This document shows, one piece after another, positions 1 through 10,261 of a stretch of 35,212 bases of DNA. The DNA lies in NCBI RefSeq assembly GCF_001194135.2, contig NC_068983.1, positions 60,125,831-60,161,042 of the forward strand, written 5' to 3'. Numbering within the stretch: the stretch's first letter is position 1; each line of letters opens with the position of its first letter. The notes under the pieces are model-generated. The model ran no database searches, was not told the DNA's origin, and saw only the letters and a program-made list of their open reading frames with translations. This DNA comes from Octopus bimaculoides (lineage: Eukaryota). Position numbers and translations under genes: made by a program.

Positions 1-294
1 TAGGAAAGTGGTTATACACCATTAGGTGTATACCCGCTTCCGTACATTAAATTTCTAGAAGAAACAACGGAACGCAGATTCTGAACTATCAACACAACAA
101 TATTTATTTACAGAGGAAATAGGCAGCACTTCGCCCTTTGGTTGCTGAGACGCCGTCAATGATGTTGAGTGGTTATTTGTCTAGCTCCAGAGTTGGAATG
201 TTGGAAAGAGCTGTCTCCAGAGTTGAAATGTTGGAGACAGACTGCTTGTACGTCTGAGCTCTCCGTCGGCCGGCGAGAAAAGAGAATGAATAAG

Positions 295-430
295 GGCGCC
301 GCCTTAAAGGATGTTAGTCGAAAAAATCGACCATCCCAGGACTTATTCTTTGTAAGCCTAATACTCATTCAATCAGTCTCTTTTGCTGAACTGCTACGTT
401 ACGGGGACATAAACACCCCAGCATGGCGCG
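295..430 (-). mobile_element. tRNA/CORE-like SINE (family B, OR-type) 3' fragment
   Basis: ccaggacttattctttgtaagccta...cttttgctgaactgctacgttacggggacataaacacc is shared with the copy at 8606-8956. Confidence 0.75.
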
Positions 431-545
431 GGCTCAGACGCACACCCAGTACATACATATCGTTACTACTATGTCAAACTGTCGTATATCCAAATGCGGT
501 GGGGTTGNNNNNNNNNNNNGGGGGGGGGGTTATTTCAATATTTGT

Positions 546-930
546 GGCGAGCTGGCAGAAACGTTAGCACGCCGAGCGAAATGCTTCGCGGTATTTCGTC
601 TACCGCTACGTTCTGAGTTCAAATTCCGCCGAGGTCAACTTTGTCTTTCATCCATTCGGGGTTGATAAATTAAGTACCAATTACACACTGGGGCCGATGT
701 AATTGACTTAATCCCTTTGTTTGCCCCCTCTATGTTTAGCCCCTTGTGGGCAATAAACAAATAAGAAACGTTAGCACGCCGGGCGAAATTCTTAACGTTA
801 TTTCGTCTGTCTTTACGTTCAGAGTTCAAAATCCTTTCGGGGTCGATTAAATAAGTACCAGTTACGCACTGGGGTCGATGTAATCGACTTAATCTCTTTG
901 TTTGTCCCCTCTGTGGGCAATAAAGAAATT
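546..930 (+). mobile_element. Octopus OK-like tRNA-derived SINE (family A), two tandem copies
   Basis: ggcgagctggcagaaacgttagcacgcc...gagttcaaattccgccgaggtc...aagtaccaattacac; the second, 5'-truncated copy starts ~765. Confidence 0.85.
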
Positions 931-2064
931 AATATTTTCTTTTGCTCGCAATAGCAAGTTCTTCTTGTTGTGGAACACATGCTTATTGCGTAAACTTTAC
1001 TGAACTGATTTTGCTGGCACAAACAAAATATTCCTAGTTTTCTGAGAATTAAATTTTTTACTTTATAAAAAATACGAATGTGAACAACTCGTCCCAACTT
1101 TTGAGAGTAGCCTCCCTTGCGTAAAGAAACTGACTTTTTCTTTTTTACAAAGTTTTACAGGAAACGTACACAACTTTCGAAATCCTTTATTCTATATAGC
1201 AGGAATTATATGTCAAATAAACATAATAGACAAGGCAGCTGCTGTATATTGAATAGCCAAAGCTACAACGCAGAGAGATGTTAGCGATACATTGCAGATA
1301 TACAATCTCAACCTTTCTAATTATCATATTTACTTATAAAACATAATATACAAATTTTCTTTCATGCCACTAAAACATTATCAGTATACACATCACTGAA
1401 ATAATGTTACAAGAAACTAGAAATTTCAGAGTGACTGCAAATGCTTGTCTTCGCAATATCTGGAGTACAAGTGTGTCACTATTATTCGAAAATGGAACCA
1501 TTAAATTTTAAGGAAAGAAAACTGTTTATACTGTTTTCCTGGTTTCAGTCTGGAGATTAAGGATAAACTCAAAGGATTTTTGTTTTATTGTGTTACTGAT
1601 TTCATTGACCGGACAAGATAAGTAGAATATAACGAAACCAGAACTGTGTTGCGATTATTTAATAACGATATTTTAAAGGGAGATAACTCGGATTTCAAGT
1701 GTAAGGGAGAGAATCACAGACTTTATCGTTTGAGCTGTTGTTCTCAACCATTTTTTTGTCTATGGATTCTCTTGATTGCTATTTTACTCCGATGAACCCT
1801 CATAGCCATTCGATGCTTAAATAGATAAAACTATTTTTCCATACTTAAATATTATAAGAAATTGTTAACATAGGTTGTGTATTGTAGAAGTATAATCAAT
1901 TTATTGTAAAGATTTTAACAATTGAGAAACATTTAGAGCAGGGGTTTCCAACCATTTCATTACAAAGGACCCCTTTTATTAAATGAATTTTCCTTATGTG
2001 TATATATATATGTGTGTGTATGTATATATATATTTTTTTTTTTTTGTGTGTGTGTGTATGTAAA

Positions 2065-2507
2065 CCAAATTCGATGACTGGCACCTGTGCCAGTGGAGTG
2101 CTAACAGCACCATCCGAGCGTAATCATTGCCAGAGCAGCAGTCTGGCTCCCTTGCCAGTGGCACGTAAATAGCACCATTTGAGCGTGATTGTTATCAGCG
2201 TCGCCTTACTGGCCCTTGTGCCGATGGCACGTGAAAAAACATTCGAGCGAGGTCATTGCCAGTGCCACTGGACTGGCTCCTGTGCAGGTGGCACGTAAAA
2301 ATACACCATTTGAGCGTGGCTGTTGCCAGTACCGCTTGACTGGCCCTCGTGCTGGTGGCACGTAAAAGCACCCACTACACTCTTGGAATGGTTGGCATTA
2401 GAAAGGGCATCCAGCTGTAGAAACTCTGCCAGATCAGATTGGAGCTTGGTGCAGCCATCTGGTTCGCCAGTCCTCAGTTAAATCGTCCAACCCATATGAT
2501 GATGATG

Positions 2508-2510
<3 letters not shown>
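2065..2510 (+). mobile_element. SINE-like family C (Meta-domain-like core) with 5' ~65-bp tandem subrepeats and (GAT)n tail
   Basis: Core tggttggcattagaaagggcatccagctgtagaaactctgcc; 4-5 ctggc..gtgcc.gtggcacgtaaa units upstream. Confidence 0.8.
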
Positions 2511-2547
<37 letters not shown>

Positions 2548-2564
2548 CACACATATTTTTTTAT

Positions 2565-3165
2565 CACAAAATGGTTAGGTTCAAATTCAGGGTTCATAAC
2601 AAGATTTGTAGTGTCAGTGTACGAGTACCAAAGAAAACTGATGTTTCAGAAGAGCTGCAGCAATGTTCATTTTGAAGGTTCACGGCAATCTTTCCATGAG
2701 GAAATATATAAAATGGGATCAGAGGTGTTAGGTTTTAAACGATAACACCGAGATTGGTATGATTCCAATGATACAATGATAAATGAGCTTTTAGCAACAA
2801 AGAGGTTCACTCATGAAAAGCTTCTTGACCCAAACGTTAAGAACAAAGTGCAACTAGAAAAGTTGTACAAGTCTCAGAAAGCAGTCTTTCAAAAAGAACT
2901 CAGGAGGCTGAAAGACATTTGGTGGAGAAATTTGTCTGAGGAAGGCAGCCAATGACAGGAAAGTCATTAAAAGATTCTATGGTTTATTGCAGCAAGCTTT
3001 TGAACTGCAATCTCCATCATATGTTCCCTTGAAGTCGAAAGATGGAAATGAGGTTATTAAAGATCCTCCTGGAATAATGAATATACGAAGAGAACACTTT
3101 GCAGATCTTTTCCACAATCCATCTGTAGTGAACATGAATATCATAAACAACATTCCACAGAGAGA
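2565..3165 (+). mobile_element. RTE-clade LINE fragment (endonuclease-RT linker), degraded
   Basis: GSEVLGFKR*HRDWYDSNDTMINELLATK...DIWWRNLSEE...KRFYGLLQQAF...VPLKSKDGNEVIKD...RREHFADLFHNPSVVNMNIINNIPQR resembles the RTE/BovB linker; contains stops and frameshifts. Confidence 0.8.
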
Positions 3166-3716
3166 GCCTAAGTTTTTGCAAAAGTAATGTAGGTCTTTCC
3201 TAAATTTATGTTTCTTGTGTGTTAAAATTTTTTTGTAGATGTAAACCATCATGCCTTTATAGACCACCTGTGATGAATGGGAATTCATTCATCTCAGATG
3301 GTAAGTTTACTAATATGTAAAGGCTAACAATGTTGCTTCCCTCTGCCAGCACCTTTGATCCCATGCATACATCAAATGGTTTCTTTGGTGCTTTTCTTAA
3401 TCCAGAAAGCATTGTTGTGGAAGAGGAGCAATTTCCTCGCTTGTAGTATTGTCTCTATTTCAGTGTTGTTTGTTGTGGTTATTGTTTTTGTGTAAATCAA
3501 AGCAGCCATAAGAATAGGTTTTGTTATTGATGTGTAATAACTTGTCAAACTGGAAGAAGTGGCATTCATTTTTGTTTGGGATCTTGTTAAACTTTGTATG
3601 TGTTTCTTCAGAGAGGAACCGTCAAGTTTGCTTGTGTTTTTGATGATGCATTGAGTGGTACAATATGCTTGAGAAGACCTGTTGAGTCAAGTAAAACCAG
3701 AATCATAGCTGTGGCC

Positions 3717-4122
3717 AGAGCCCCCAAACTGGCTCCTGTGCCGGTGGCATGTAAGATGCTTCCTCCGAACATGGTCGATGTCATTGTCCCCCAATTGGCT
3801 CCCGTGCCAGTGGCACATAAAATGCATCATCCAAACGTGGTTGATGCCAGTGCCCCCTGACTGGCCCTCATGTCGGTGGCACGTAAAAAGTACTGTCTGT
3901 AAATGATCGATGCCAGGCCCACCTGACTGGTTCCTGTGCTGGTAGCACATAAAAAGCAGCCACTATACTCTCGGAATGGTTGGCATTAGGAAGGGCATCC
4001 AGCTGTAAAACCATTGCCAGACCAAATTGGAGCCTGGTGCAACCACTGGCTCTCCAGACTTCAGTCAAACTGTCCAACCCATGCCAGCATGGAAAACGGA
4101 CGTTAAATGATGATGATGATGA
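3717..4122 (+). mobile_element. SINE-like family C copy nested in the PLE
   Basis: Four ~66-bp subrepeats, core and gatgatgat tail; the PLE reading frames resume on both sides. Confidence 0.82.
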
Positions 4123-4906
4123 ATTTGTCTTTTTTCTATTACTAAGGATGCCTATGTCCAATCGCTATTAAAGTTGGGCTTGTGGTCTTTCATAGTTATT
4201 TAAAGACATTTTAGTGTTAATACGTTTGCTCTATCATCTATTTTAAGTTTAGTGGCTATTTCTTTGGCTGCATTGTTTTTTCTCTGTGTGTGTTGGAGAT
4301 TGTTTTAGGAAAAAAGTAGTTACAAGAAGTTTGATTTATCTGTTAGAAGCTGTTTGTCGTGTCCGATTTTACAATATATCTGGGCTTGTTTTTATGTGGT
4401 TAATTTTTTGTTTCAGCTATTTCTGCAGTTTGTTGATTCATTTGTTGAATTTTATTCCCTTGATCATTGTGAATCAGTCATCTTCAAAGGGTTGTAGCAA
4501 TGGTTTGGGAGGTGGACATTCAACCATCTTAAACTGTTGGTAGACTGCTTTGTATTTCGATAAAACTTTTTTTTTTTTTGAGGGGGGCAGTAGTATTTTC
4601 AGGTAATATCTTTAGGTTGGTATCAGTGTTTTTTCACAGAGAAGTGTATTGGGTGTTGCTGCATGTTTTCCTGTTTTTTAGTTAATGTAGCAAATGCAAC
4701 CATGTTGAAACAGAGCTATTATATTAATGCTTAATTTTATGTTCAATTATAATAAAAGCTAATGTGGCAGTCCCAATAAAGGGAAGACTGCTACTGCTAT
4801 TTAACTCCAGGAAACATCATTTCCAGTTGGCTACATGACACAAGCATTCTGTATCCTTAAGTTTTCAAACAGGGGAGATAAGCACCTCCACCCAGCAAAG
4901 CCAGTA

Positions 4907-4949
4907 TCCAGAGACTAGTTTCAGAGTTATTGCTCTTCATCAGTCTGAA
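4907..4949 (-). ncRNA. Minimal type I hammerhead ribozyme (PLE type, palindromic stem III), core intact
   Basis: TTCAGA-CTGATGA-AGAG-caataa-CTCT-GAAA-CTAG-TC^-TCTGGA: 6-bp stem I with one G-U, 4-bp stem II, all core nucleotides, and an ACTAGT palindrome. Confidence 0.8.
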
Positions 4950-5053
4950 GTAGCTTGGCGTGCTAGCTGTCAATGTTTAATCGCTGTTGAAAACTTGTAG
5001 AATTTCAAGTGAAATAAATTCACTAAGCATCGACAGCTAGCACGCCAAGCTAC

Positions 5054-5096
5054 TCCAGACTGATGAAGAGCAATAACTCTGAAACTAGTCTCTGAA
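5054..5096 (+). ncRNA. Second copy of the minimal hammerhead ribozyme in the inverted arm
   Basis: TCCAGA-CTGATGA-AGAG-caataa-CTCT-GAAA-CTAG-TC^-TCTGAA; one stem I mismatch. Confidence 0.75.
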
Positions 5097-5982
5097 TGCT
5101 GGCTTTGCTAGGTCGAGGTGCTTATCTCCCTTGTTTGAAAACTTCAGGACACAGAACGCTTGTGTCACGTAGCCAACTGGAAATGATGTTTCCTTGGGCT
5201 AAATAGCAATAACATTCTTCCCTTTCCTGGGACTGCCACATTAAGTTGGCAATAAATCATCACTTTATCGTACTGCTACTGTATAAGTCTCTCTGAGAAA
5301 TTTAGAAATGCAATATTTCTAATTATAATAAAACCAATTTTATGTTAATCTGAAGGATTACTCTGTATATACACACACACACACACAAAGATACATGCAC
5401 AATTTGGTGTATATGAAGATATATGTATGATATGAACCTGAGAATATTCATGTGAGTGTATGTGTTTTAGTGCTGTCATTAATAGACTTGGAATGACATT
5501 TCTGTCCTTTGAAATCAACCAAATGTGAAATTCCAAAAGTTCAGGCCATTTTCTTTACTATGCACTTAAATATCTCTACTGAAACAATATCTAGATTTTC
5601 AAACCTTATCTCTCTTCTTTTTTCTGTACTTCTCATTATATTTATTTAATTTATTTATCTATCTTGCTCTCTTTTCATCATAGTCTTTCTCATTGGATGA
5701 TCAACCAAACTTTTTGAAAGTAAATGTTTATGATAAACTTATCTTTCATATTGCACCATTTATTTATTTTAATTTTATTGCAGTCTTTTTCTGAATTTGG
5801 TTTTTCTTTAATACAATCCCTATATGATAATCTTCAGATACATTTATTGTCTGTGAGTGTATAATGACAATATACAGGGTTGATGCTTTAACCTGCCATG
5901 AAATTTTCTGAACAGTAGTCTTTGGCTTTATGTCATGTTTGAGAAGAAAACCCATCAAGCCAAGCAAAATCACAATCATAGA

Positions 5983-6460
5983 AGATACCAGTATCATGCT
6001 GATGGCATGTAAATGCACCCCGGTGTCATGAAAATAGCACCCATTCCAGTGGCACATAAAAGCACTCATTATACTCCTAGAGTGGTTGGCATTAGGAAGG
6101 GCATCCAGCTGTAGAAAACCATGCCAAATCAGACTGGAGTGTAGCTCAGTCTTCCGGTGTACCAGCCCTGGTTCAACCATTAAATGATGATGTATGTATG
6201 TGTGTACAGATTATGTAGAGTTGATTATATAACTAAAAGAGATTACAAAAGCACTGTTAACTAACAGAATTAACATCTGTTCTCTCACTTCACTCACCTG
6301 GCCAATACCCATTACACTCTTGGAGTGGTTGGCATTAGGACGGACATCTAGCTGTGAAAACATGCCAAATCAGACTGGAGTCTGGTGCAGCCTTCCAGCT
6401 TGCCAACTCTGGTCAAACAGTCCAACTCATGCCAGCATGGACAACGGACATTAAATGATT
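5983..6460 (+). mobile_element. Two family C copies (5983-6192 and ~6305-6460)
   Basis: gagtggttggcattagga.gg.catc.agctgt core present twice. Confidence 0.78.
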
Positions 6461-6785
6461 CTCCACCATTGTGATTCCTGGATTTTCAGAACAGTAAGAT
6501 TAAATCCTAGCCATAACCAGTCTTTCTTAATAGCCATGCACCAGGTTGAGAGCTCAGTGTGAGCTGTTTTGTTCTTTGAATCACTATTCTTGTTACATAC
6601 ACTGCGAACCAAGATAATAGTCCATGATGTTTTTTTTAGATTCTCTAAATAACTACCCAAGGGATTTTGAAGAGAATTTACATGATACAAAATTTAGGAT
6701 TTGCAGCTTTTTTAGTTTTTGTATTAATCAACAATTTTCTTTTTCAGATGAACAAAATTAGTTGTCTTAACTATAATTTCAAAAG

Positions 6786-7215
6786 ATGGGGCATGGAAAA
6801 GATCTTACAGAGTACGAGAGGAACCAGATTATAAAAGAAATAGGTGATGGCAAGTCTGCAGATGAAGTGGCCAAGAAACTAGGTCATCATGTGAAAACAA
6901 TTCACAGATATTTACAAAATCCCAAGTATCAGAATGAGCGCAGTGATAAAGGCAAGTCCCGAAAAGTCTCAACACAAGACATTTCCCATATCAAGTGATG
7001 CTTACTTAAAAATCCCGGATGTACTAGTAAAGCTTTTATCGCAGATGCTGGCATTGAAAATGTTTCCAAAACATCCAGAAATAAAGTAATTGGTAGCTTT
7101 GTGAAAAGAAAAGAAACCTGCATGCAAGCCTCTGTTGACTCCCAAACACAAAAAAAGTTAGAATGTACATGAAGACCAATGTCAAGCATATTTTGTTCAC
7201 CGACGAGTGCTGAAC
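6786..7215 (+). mobile_element. Tc1-family transposase N-terminal relic
   Basis: MGHGKDLTEYERNQII...AKKLGHHVKTIHRYL...RSDKGKSRKVS..IK*..KNP...MKTNVKHILFTDEC: HTH plus the first catalytic D (FTDE); truncated at a SINE. Confidence 0.8.
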
Positions 7216-7224
7216 TACAGTTAT

Positions 7225-7318
7225 AGAAGACACTTGCCCAAGGTGCCATGCAATGGGACTGAACCCAGAACCATGTAGTTGGTAAGCAAGCTACTTACCA
7301 TACAGCCACTCCTGCACC
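7225..7318 (-). mobile_element. SINE family B head
   Basis: gaagacacttgcccaaggtgcc...gggactgaacccagaaccatg...cttaccatacagccactcctgc. Confidence 0.8.
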
Positions 7319-7493
7319 TATATGTACAAATTAAAAAAATGTTGCTAAGGTTTTTGTCCAATGCACAAACAATTCTGCCAATAATGATAATAATGGAAAA
7401 GTGTGAAGTGCTATTCTGATAGTGTTTAGTGTGTAATAAATTTGAAATAATGGGGATTTGCAGTAGTTATTGAATATGTTGAGAGAATTGTTC

Positions 7494-7696
7494 AGTTACC
7501 AACCCTGCTGAAACTGGCTCTGTAGTACAGATGTCTTGTCATAAGTTATGAATTAAAATCTTCCATCAAACCTTAGTCACAATTTATGTTCCTAACACTA
7601 GCTTAATAATAACTAAGTTATTTTGCTAAATTCCTTGTTATATTTAAAATGAATTGAAAGAAACACAGAGCATCTCAAAATACAGTAACGAAAGGG
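7494..7696. mobile_element. piggyBac-type MITE related to the 13672-14115 host
   Basis: gttaccaaccc.gctgaaact...ttccatcaaa...gtaacgaaaggg|TTAA. Confidence 0.65.
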
Positions 7697-7719
7697 TTAA
7701 TATACTTCCATTGTCCTTC

Positions 7720-7840
7720 ATCAATTAACATCTGTCTTCCATGCTAGCATGGGTTGAACAGTTTGAAAGGAGCCGGCAAGTCAGAGAGCTGCACCAGGCT
7801 CCATTGTCTGTTTTGGCATGCTTTCTACAGATGGATGCTA
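7720..7840 (-). mobile_element. Family C 3' fragment
   Basis: ttaacatctgtcttccatgctagcatgggttg...gctgcaccaggctcc. Confidence 0.65.
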
Positions 7841-8029
7841 GAGTACAACAGAAAGATAAAGATAGATGCCTTATACAAAGGAGATACTTGGCTACTCCTG
7901 TACGAGAGAAATAGATAGGGGTAGAGATGCATCAGGACCTACCAACAGGTAGCAGTGGGGTGGGGATTGAAAATAACAGAAAATTGTTCTTTAAGAAAAT
8001 GTGTAATAGATCACATCACAGCACTTTTT

Positions 8030-8039
8030 TTTATTTATT
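8030..8039 (-). terminator. Putative polyadenylation signal of MIC19 (overlapping AATAAA x2), 3'UTR ~300 nt
   Basis: Minus strand reads gaataaataaaaaaaaagtgctgtgatgtg, ~290 nt after the stop and followed by a GT-rich tract. Confidence 0.55.
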
Positions 8040-8325
8040 CTCTTGGAATCATTCCCTTTTAACGAAGCCAAATACAATTAATTGTGAAGACTAAGATATA
8101 AAAGAATGTCTCGTCTCTTCTAACAGCTTTGAACAAGCCACAGACAAACATAACAACTCTAATGGAAGTGGGAAGACGGCCCTTCAAGGTCTTAAGTTTG
8201 GTGGTTATCTGCAGAACAGCTGCTTTGATGGTAAGTAATCTTTTCGAAGAACTGCAGCCTTGGAATCTTCCATTGACCATACCCAGCATTCTTAGAATAT
8301 TGTTTCAATTGGTGCAAGAAACAGG

Positions 8326-8352
8326 TCAGACTTTCTTGGCAAGAATAACATT
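8326..8352 (-). CDS. CHCHD3: MIC19/CHCHD3-family terminal coding exon (NVILAKKV*)
   Basis: Strong acceptor ctgttttcttttcttcag| followed by AAT GTT ATT CTT GCC AAG AAA GTC TGA in the required phase 0; equivalent to human SMLEKGG*. Confidence 0.85.
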   Translation of the reverse strand, partial: NVILAKKV

Positions 8353-8407
8353 CTGAAGAAAAGAAAACAGTAGAAATACAATCAAAACAGGAATATATAT
8401 TTTTTTC

Positions 8408-8590
8408 TACTTTAGGTACAAGGTCCAAAATTTTTGGGAAATGGGGCCAGTTGATTAGATTGACCCTAGTGCAAGACTGGTACTTAAAGGCAAAGTTGAC
8501 CTCAGCAGAATTTGACTCAGAACGTAAAGACAGACGTAATATCACTAAGCATATTGCTCAGCATGTTTACATTTCTGCCAGCTCGCTGCC
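8408..8590 (-). mobile_element. SINE family A copy
   Basis: Reverse complement of 546-765 (ggtactta...gttgacctcagcagaatttgactcagaacgtaaag...ttctgccagctcgc). Confidence 0.8.
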
Positions 8591-8605
8591 TTGGAATACA
8601 TATTA

Positions 8606-8956
8606 CTCTTTTACCTGTTTCAGTCATTTCACTGTGGTCATGCTGGAGCACTGCGACCCCAGGACTTATTCTTTCATAGAATAAGTACTAGACTTACACT
8701 CTCTTTTGCCGAACTGCTAAGTTACGGGGACGTAAACACACCAGCATCGGTTGCCAAGCGATGTTGTGAGGGACAAACACATACACATATATACGACGGG
8801 CTTCTTTCAGTTTCCATCTACCAAATCCACTCACAAGGCTTTGGTCGGCCCGAGGCTATAGTAGAAGACACTTGCCCAAGGTGCCACGCAGTGGGACTGA
8901 ACCCGGAACCATGTGGTTCATAAGCAACCTACTTACCACACAGCCACTCCTACACC
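8606..8956 (-). mobile_element. SINE family B, full length
   Basis: tRNA-like head (gtggctgtgtggtaag...ccgggttcagtccca), CORE-like gcaccttgggcaagtgtctt, and tail gactgaaacaggtaaaag. Confidence 0.9.
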
Positions 8957-8974
8957 TATATTGTTTATAAATAT

Positions 8975-9183
8975 GGGTTTCAAATTTTGGCACAAGGCCA
9001 GCATTTTCGAGGCCAGGGCTAAGTCAATTACATCAACCTTAGAGTTCAACTGGTACTTATTTTTAGCAATGCCAAAAGGATGGAAAGCAGAGTCAACCTC
9101 GGCAGAATTTGAACTCAGAACATAAAGACACACAAAATGCCACTAAGCATGTTGCCCAGCATGCTAATGACTGCCAGCTTGCT
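8975..9183 (-). mobile_element. SINE family A copy
   Basis: Same motifs reversed (tggtacttattt...gtcaacctcggcagaatttgaactcagaac). Confidence 0.8.
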
Positions 9184-9850
9184 TTATATATTATGCAGAT
9201 GTAGTTGCATAGCAAGTGTTTTGAAAAGTGATTGCATTATGAAAGACATAATGTTAGCCATTTAGAAACACACAAAGATTGTTAACTTCACTTAAGCAAT
9301 TATTGTTTGTAATAATGGTGCCAACATTTTCATCGCTCGAAACTGCAATTGAATTTTTCGTGTCAGTGAACAAGTCACAGTTTCAAGCGATGACATTTCT
9401 TGACACTATTATTACAAACAATAAATGTTTAAGTGAAATTAAGTCTTTGTGTGTTTCTAAACTCCTAAGGCTGCAATCATATATATATATAAAATGGAAG
9501 GTGGATGTTAAACGATGATAGATATATATACACACACAGCACATATATATAACACATTAGAAATATACATTTCAGCATCATCTTTTCCCTGCTTGCATGG
9601 GTCCAATGAGAGTACATTGCAGAAGAGCTTTCTTTGGCCAAATACTCTTCTTGACACTAATGCCACCCCGCCACCATAACTTCTTAGGTGATAACTCACA
9701 GACTACTAAACAACCCAGACATGGTTATACTGAGAACTGGAAACAAATGACTCCATTTAAAGAAGCCTTTTGTTTACAAAGATCAGGTAACTTGTGCACA
9801 GCCATTGATTACCAGCACATGTGAAGATAAAGGGAAATATGAATGCACAC

Positions 9851-9922
9851 ACAGAGGCTTCTTTCAGTTTCTGTCTACCAAATCCACCCACAATGCTTTG
9901 GTAGACCAAAGTCTATAGAGTA
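9851..9922 (-). mobile_element. SINE family B fragment
   Basis: ggcttctttcagtttctgtctaccaaatccac. Confidence 0.65.
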
Positions 9923-10039
9923 GGGGGTGGTCAGAGATGGAGGGATTAAGGAATAAGAAAACCCAAAAAACATTTAGCATTATTTTAAACACTCTTAGAT
10001 TACCAATAGGAAAACAGATGAAAAGAATAGTAAACTTAC

Positions 10040-10175
10040 TTGTCTTGCTTGGTCAACAGCTGTAGCAAAGGCATGAACTTCCGCTGAGCAGTTAAGTGGG
10101 TGAGACTGATTGGTGCGATAGCATTCCAATACCTTCAGCTGGAGATCTTCGCAGACAGGAGCCTCAACATGTTTT
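10040..10175 (-). CDS. CHCHD3: MIC19/CHCHD3-family CHCH-domain exon, 136 nt, phase 2/0
   Basis: ttttgtcaattacag| ... CAA|gtaagt; encodes KHVEAPVCEDLQLKVLECYRTNQSHPLNCSAEVHAFATAVDQARQ, matching human HPVCADLQAKILQCYRENTHQTLKCSALATQYMHCVNHAKQ. Confidence 0.95.
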
Positions 10176-10261
10176 CTGTAATTGACAAAAGTAAAGTTGA
10201 CTAAGTGAGAACGCTAAATACATTTAGAATATTCAAGTGTGTTTAAAAGAGTTTATCATCA

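Larger units (their letters stand above)
3165..4980 (-). mobile_element. Decayed Penelope-like retroelement (KDHK/YRDD type, probably Naiad clade), 3'-truncated after the RT core, interrupted by a SINE
   Basis: Frameshifted minus-strand translation gives ordered PLE motifs: CPPPKPLLQPFEDD (~4500), AKEIATKLKIDDR..ITMKDHKPNFNS (4271-4164), FNKIPNKNECHFFQFD (3592-3544), ILQARKLLLFHNNAFWIKK, FDVCMGS (3376-3356), GL*RHDGL = YRDD motif (3265-3242), KFRKDL..F.KNLG. A hammerhead lies in the 5' leader. Clade assignment is from recalled consensus. Confidence 0.85.
4762..5241. repeat. Inverted (head-to-head) duplication of the PLE 5' leader/pLTR, arms ~218 bp, spacer ~44 bp
   Basis: 4762-4979 is the reverse complement of 5024-5241 (atgtggcagtccc...gacagctag), roughly 85-90% identical by eye; the left arm continues into the PLE ORF. 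Confidence 0.92.

Noticed and set aside
169-567. 132-aa plus-strand ORF (and similar ORFs at 8591-8923, 3594-3860, 8192-8545)
   Set aside because: They overlap SINE, UTR or intron sequence, show no recognisable domain, and have no supporting splice structure.
1938-1985. hAT-type MITE (CAGGGGTTTCCAACC)
   Set aside because: Only one possible end is seen, with no partner TIR or 8-bp TSD; too weak to call.
3600-4600. In-frame TGA codons in the PLE as selenocysteine (reported for some Naiads)
   Set aside because: The stops include TAA and TAG, frameshifts are present, and the TGA before RNT aligns with a conserved Trp; this is ordinary decay.
4760-5243. Tc1/mariner MITE with TA target duplication
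   Set aside because: TA does flank both arms, but the left arm is continuous with the PLE ORF and both arms contain PLE-type hammerheads, so an inverted pLTR explains it better.
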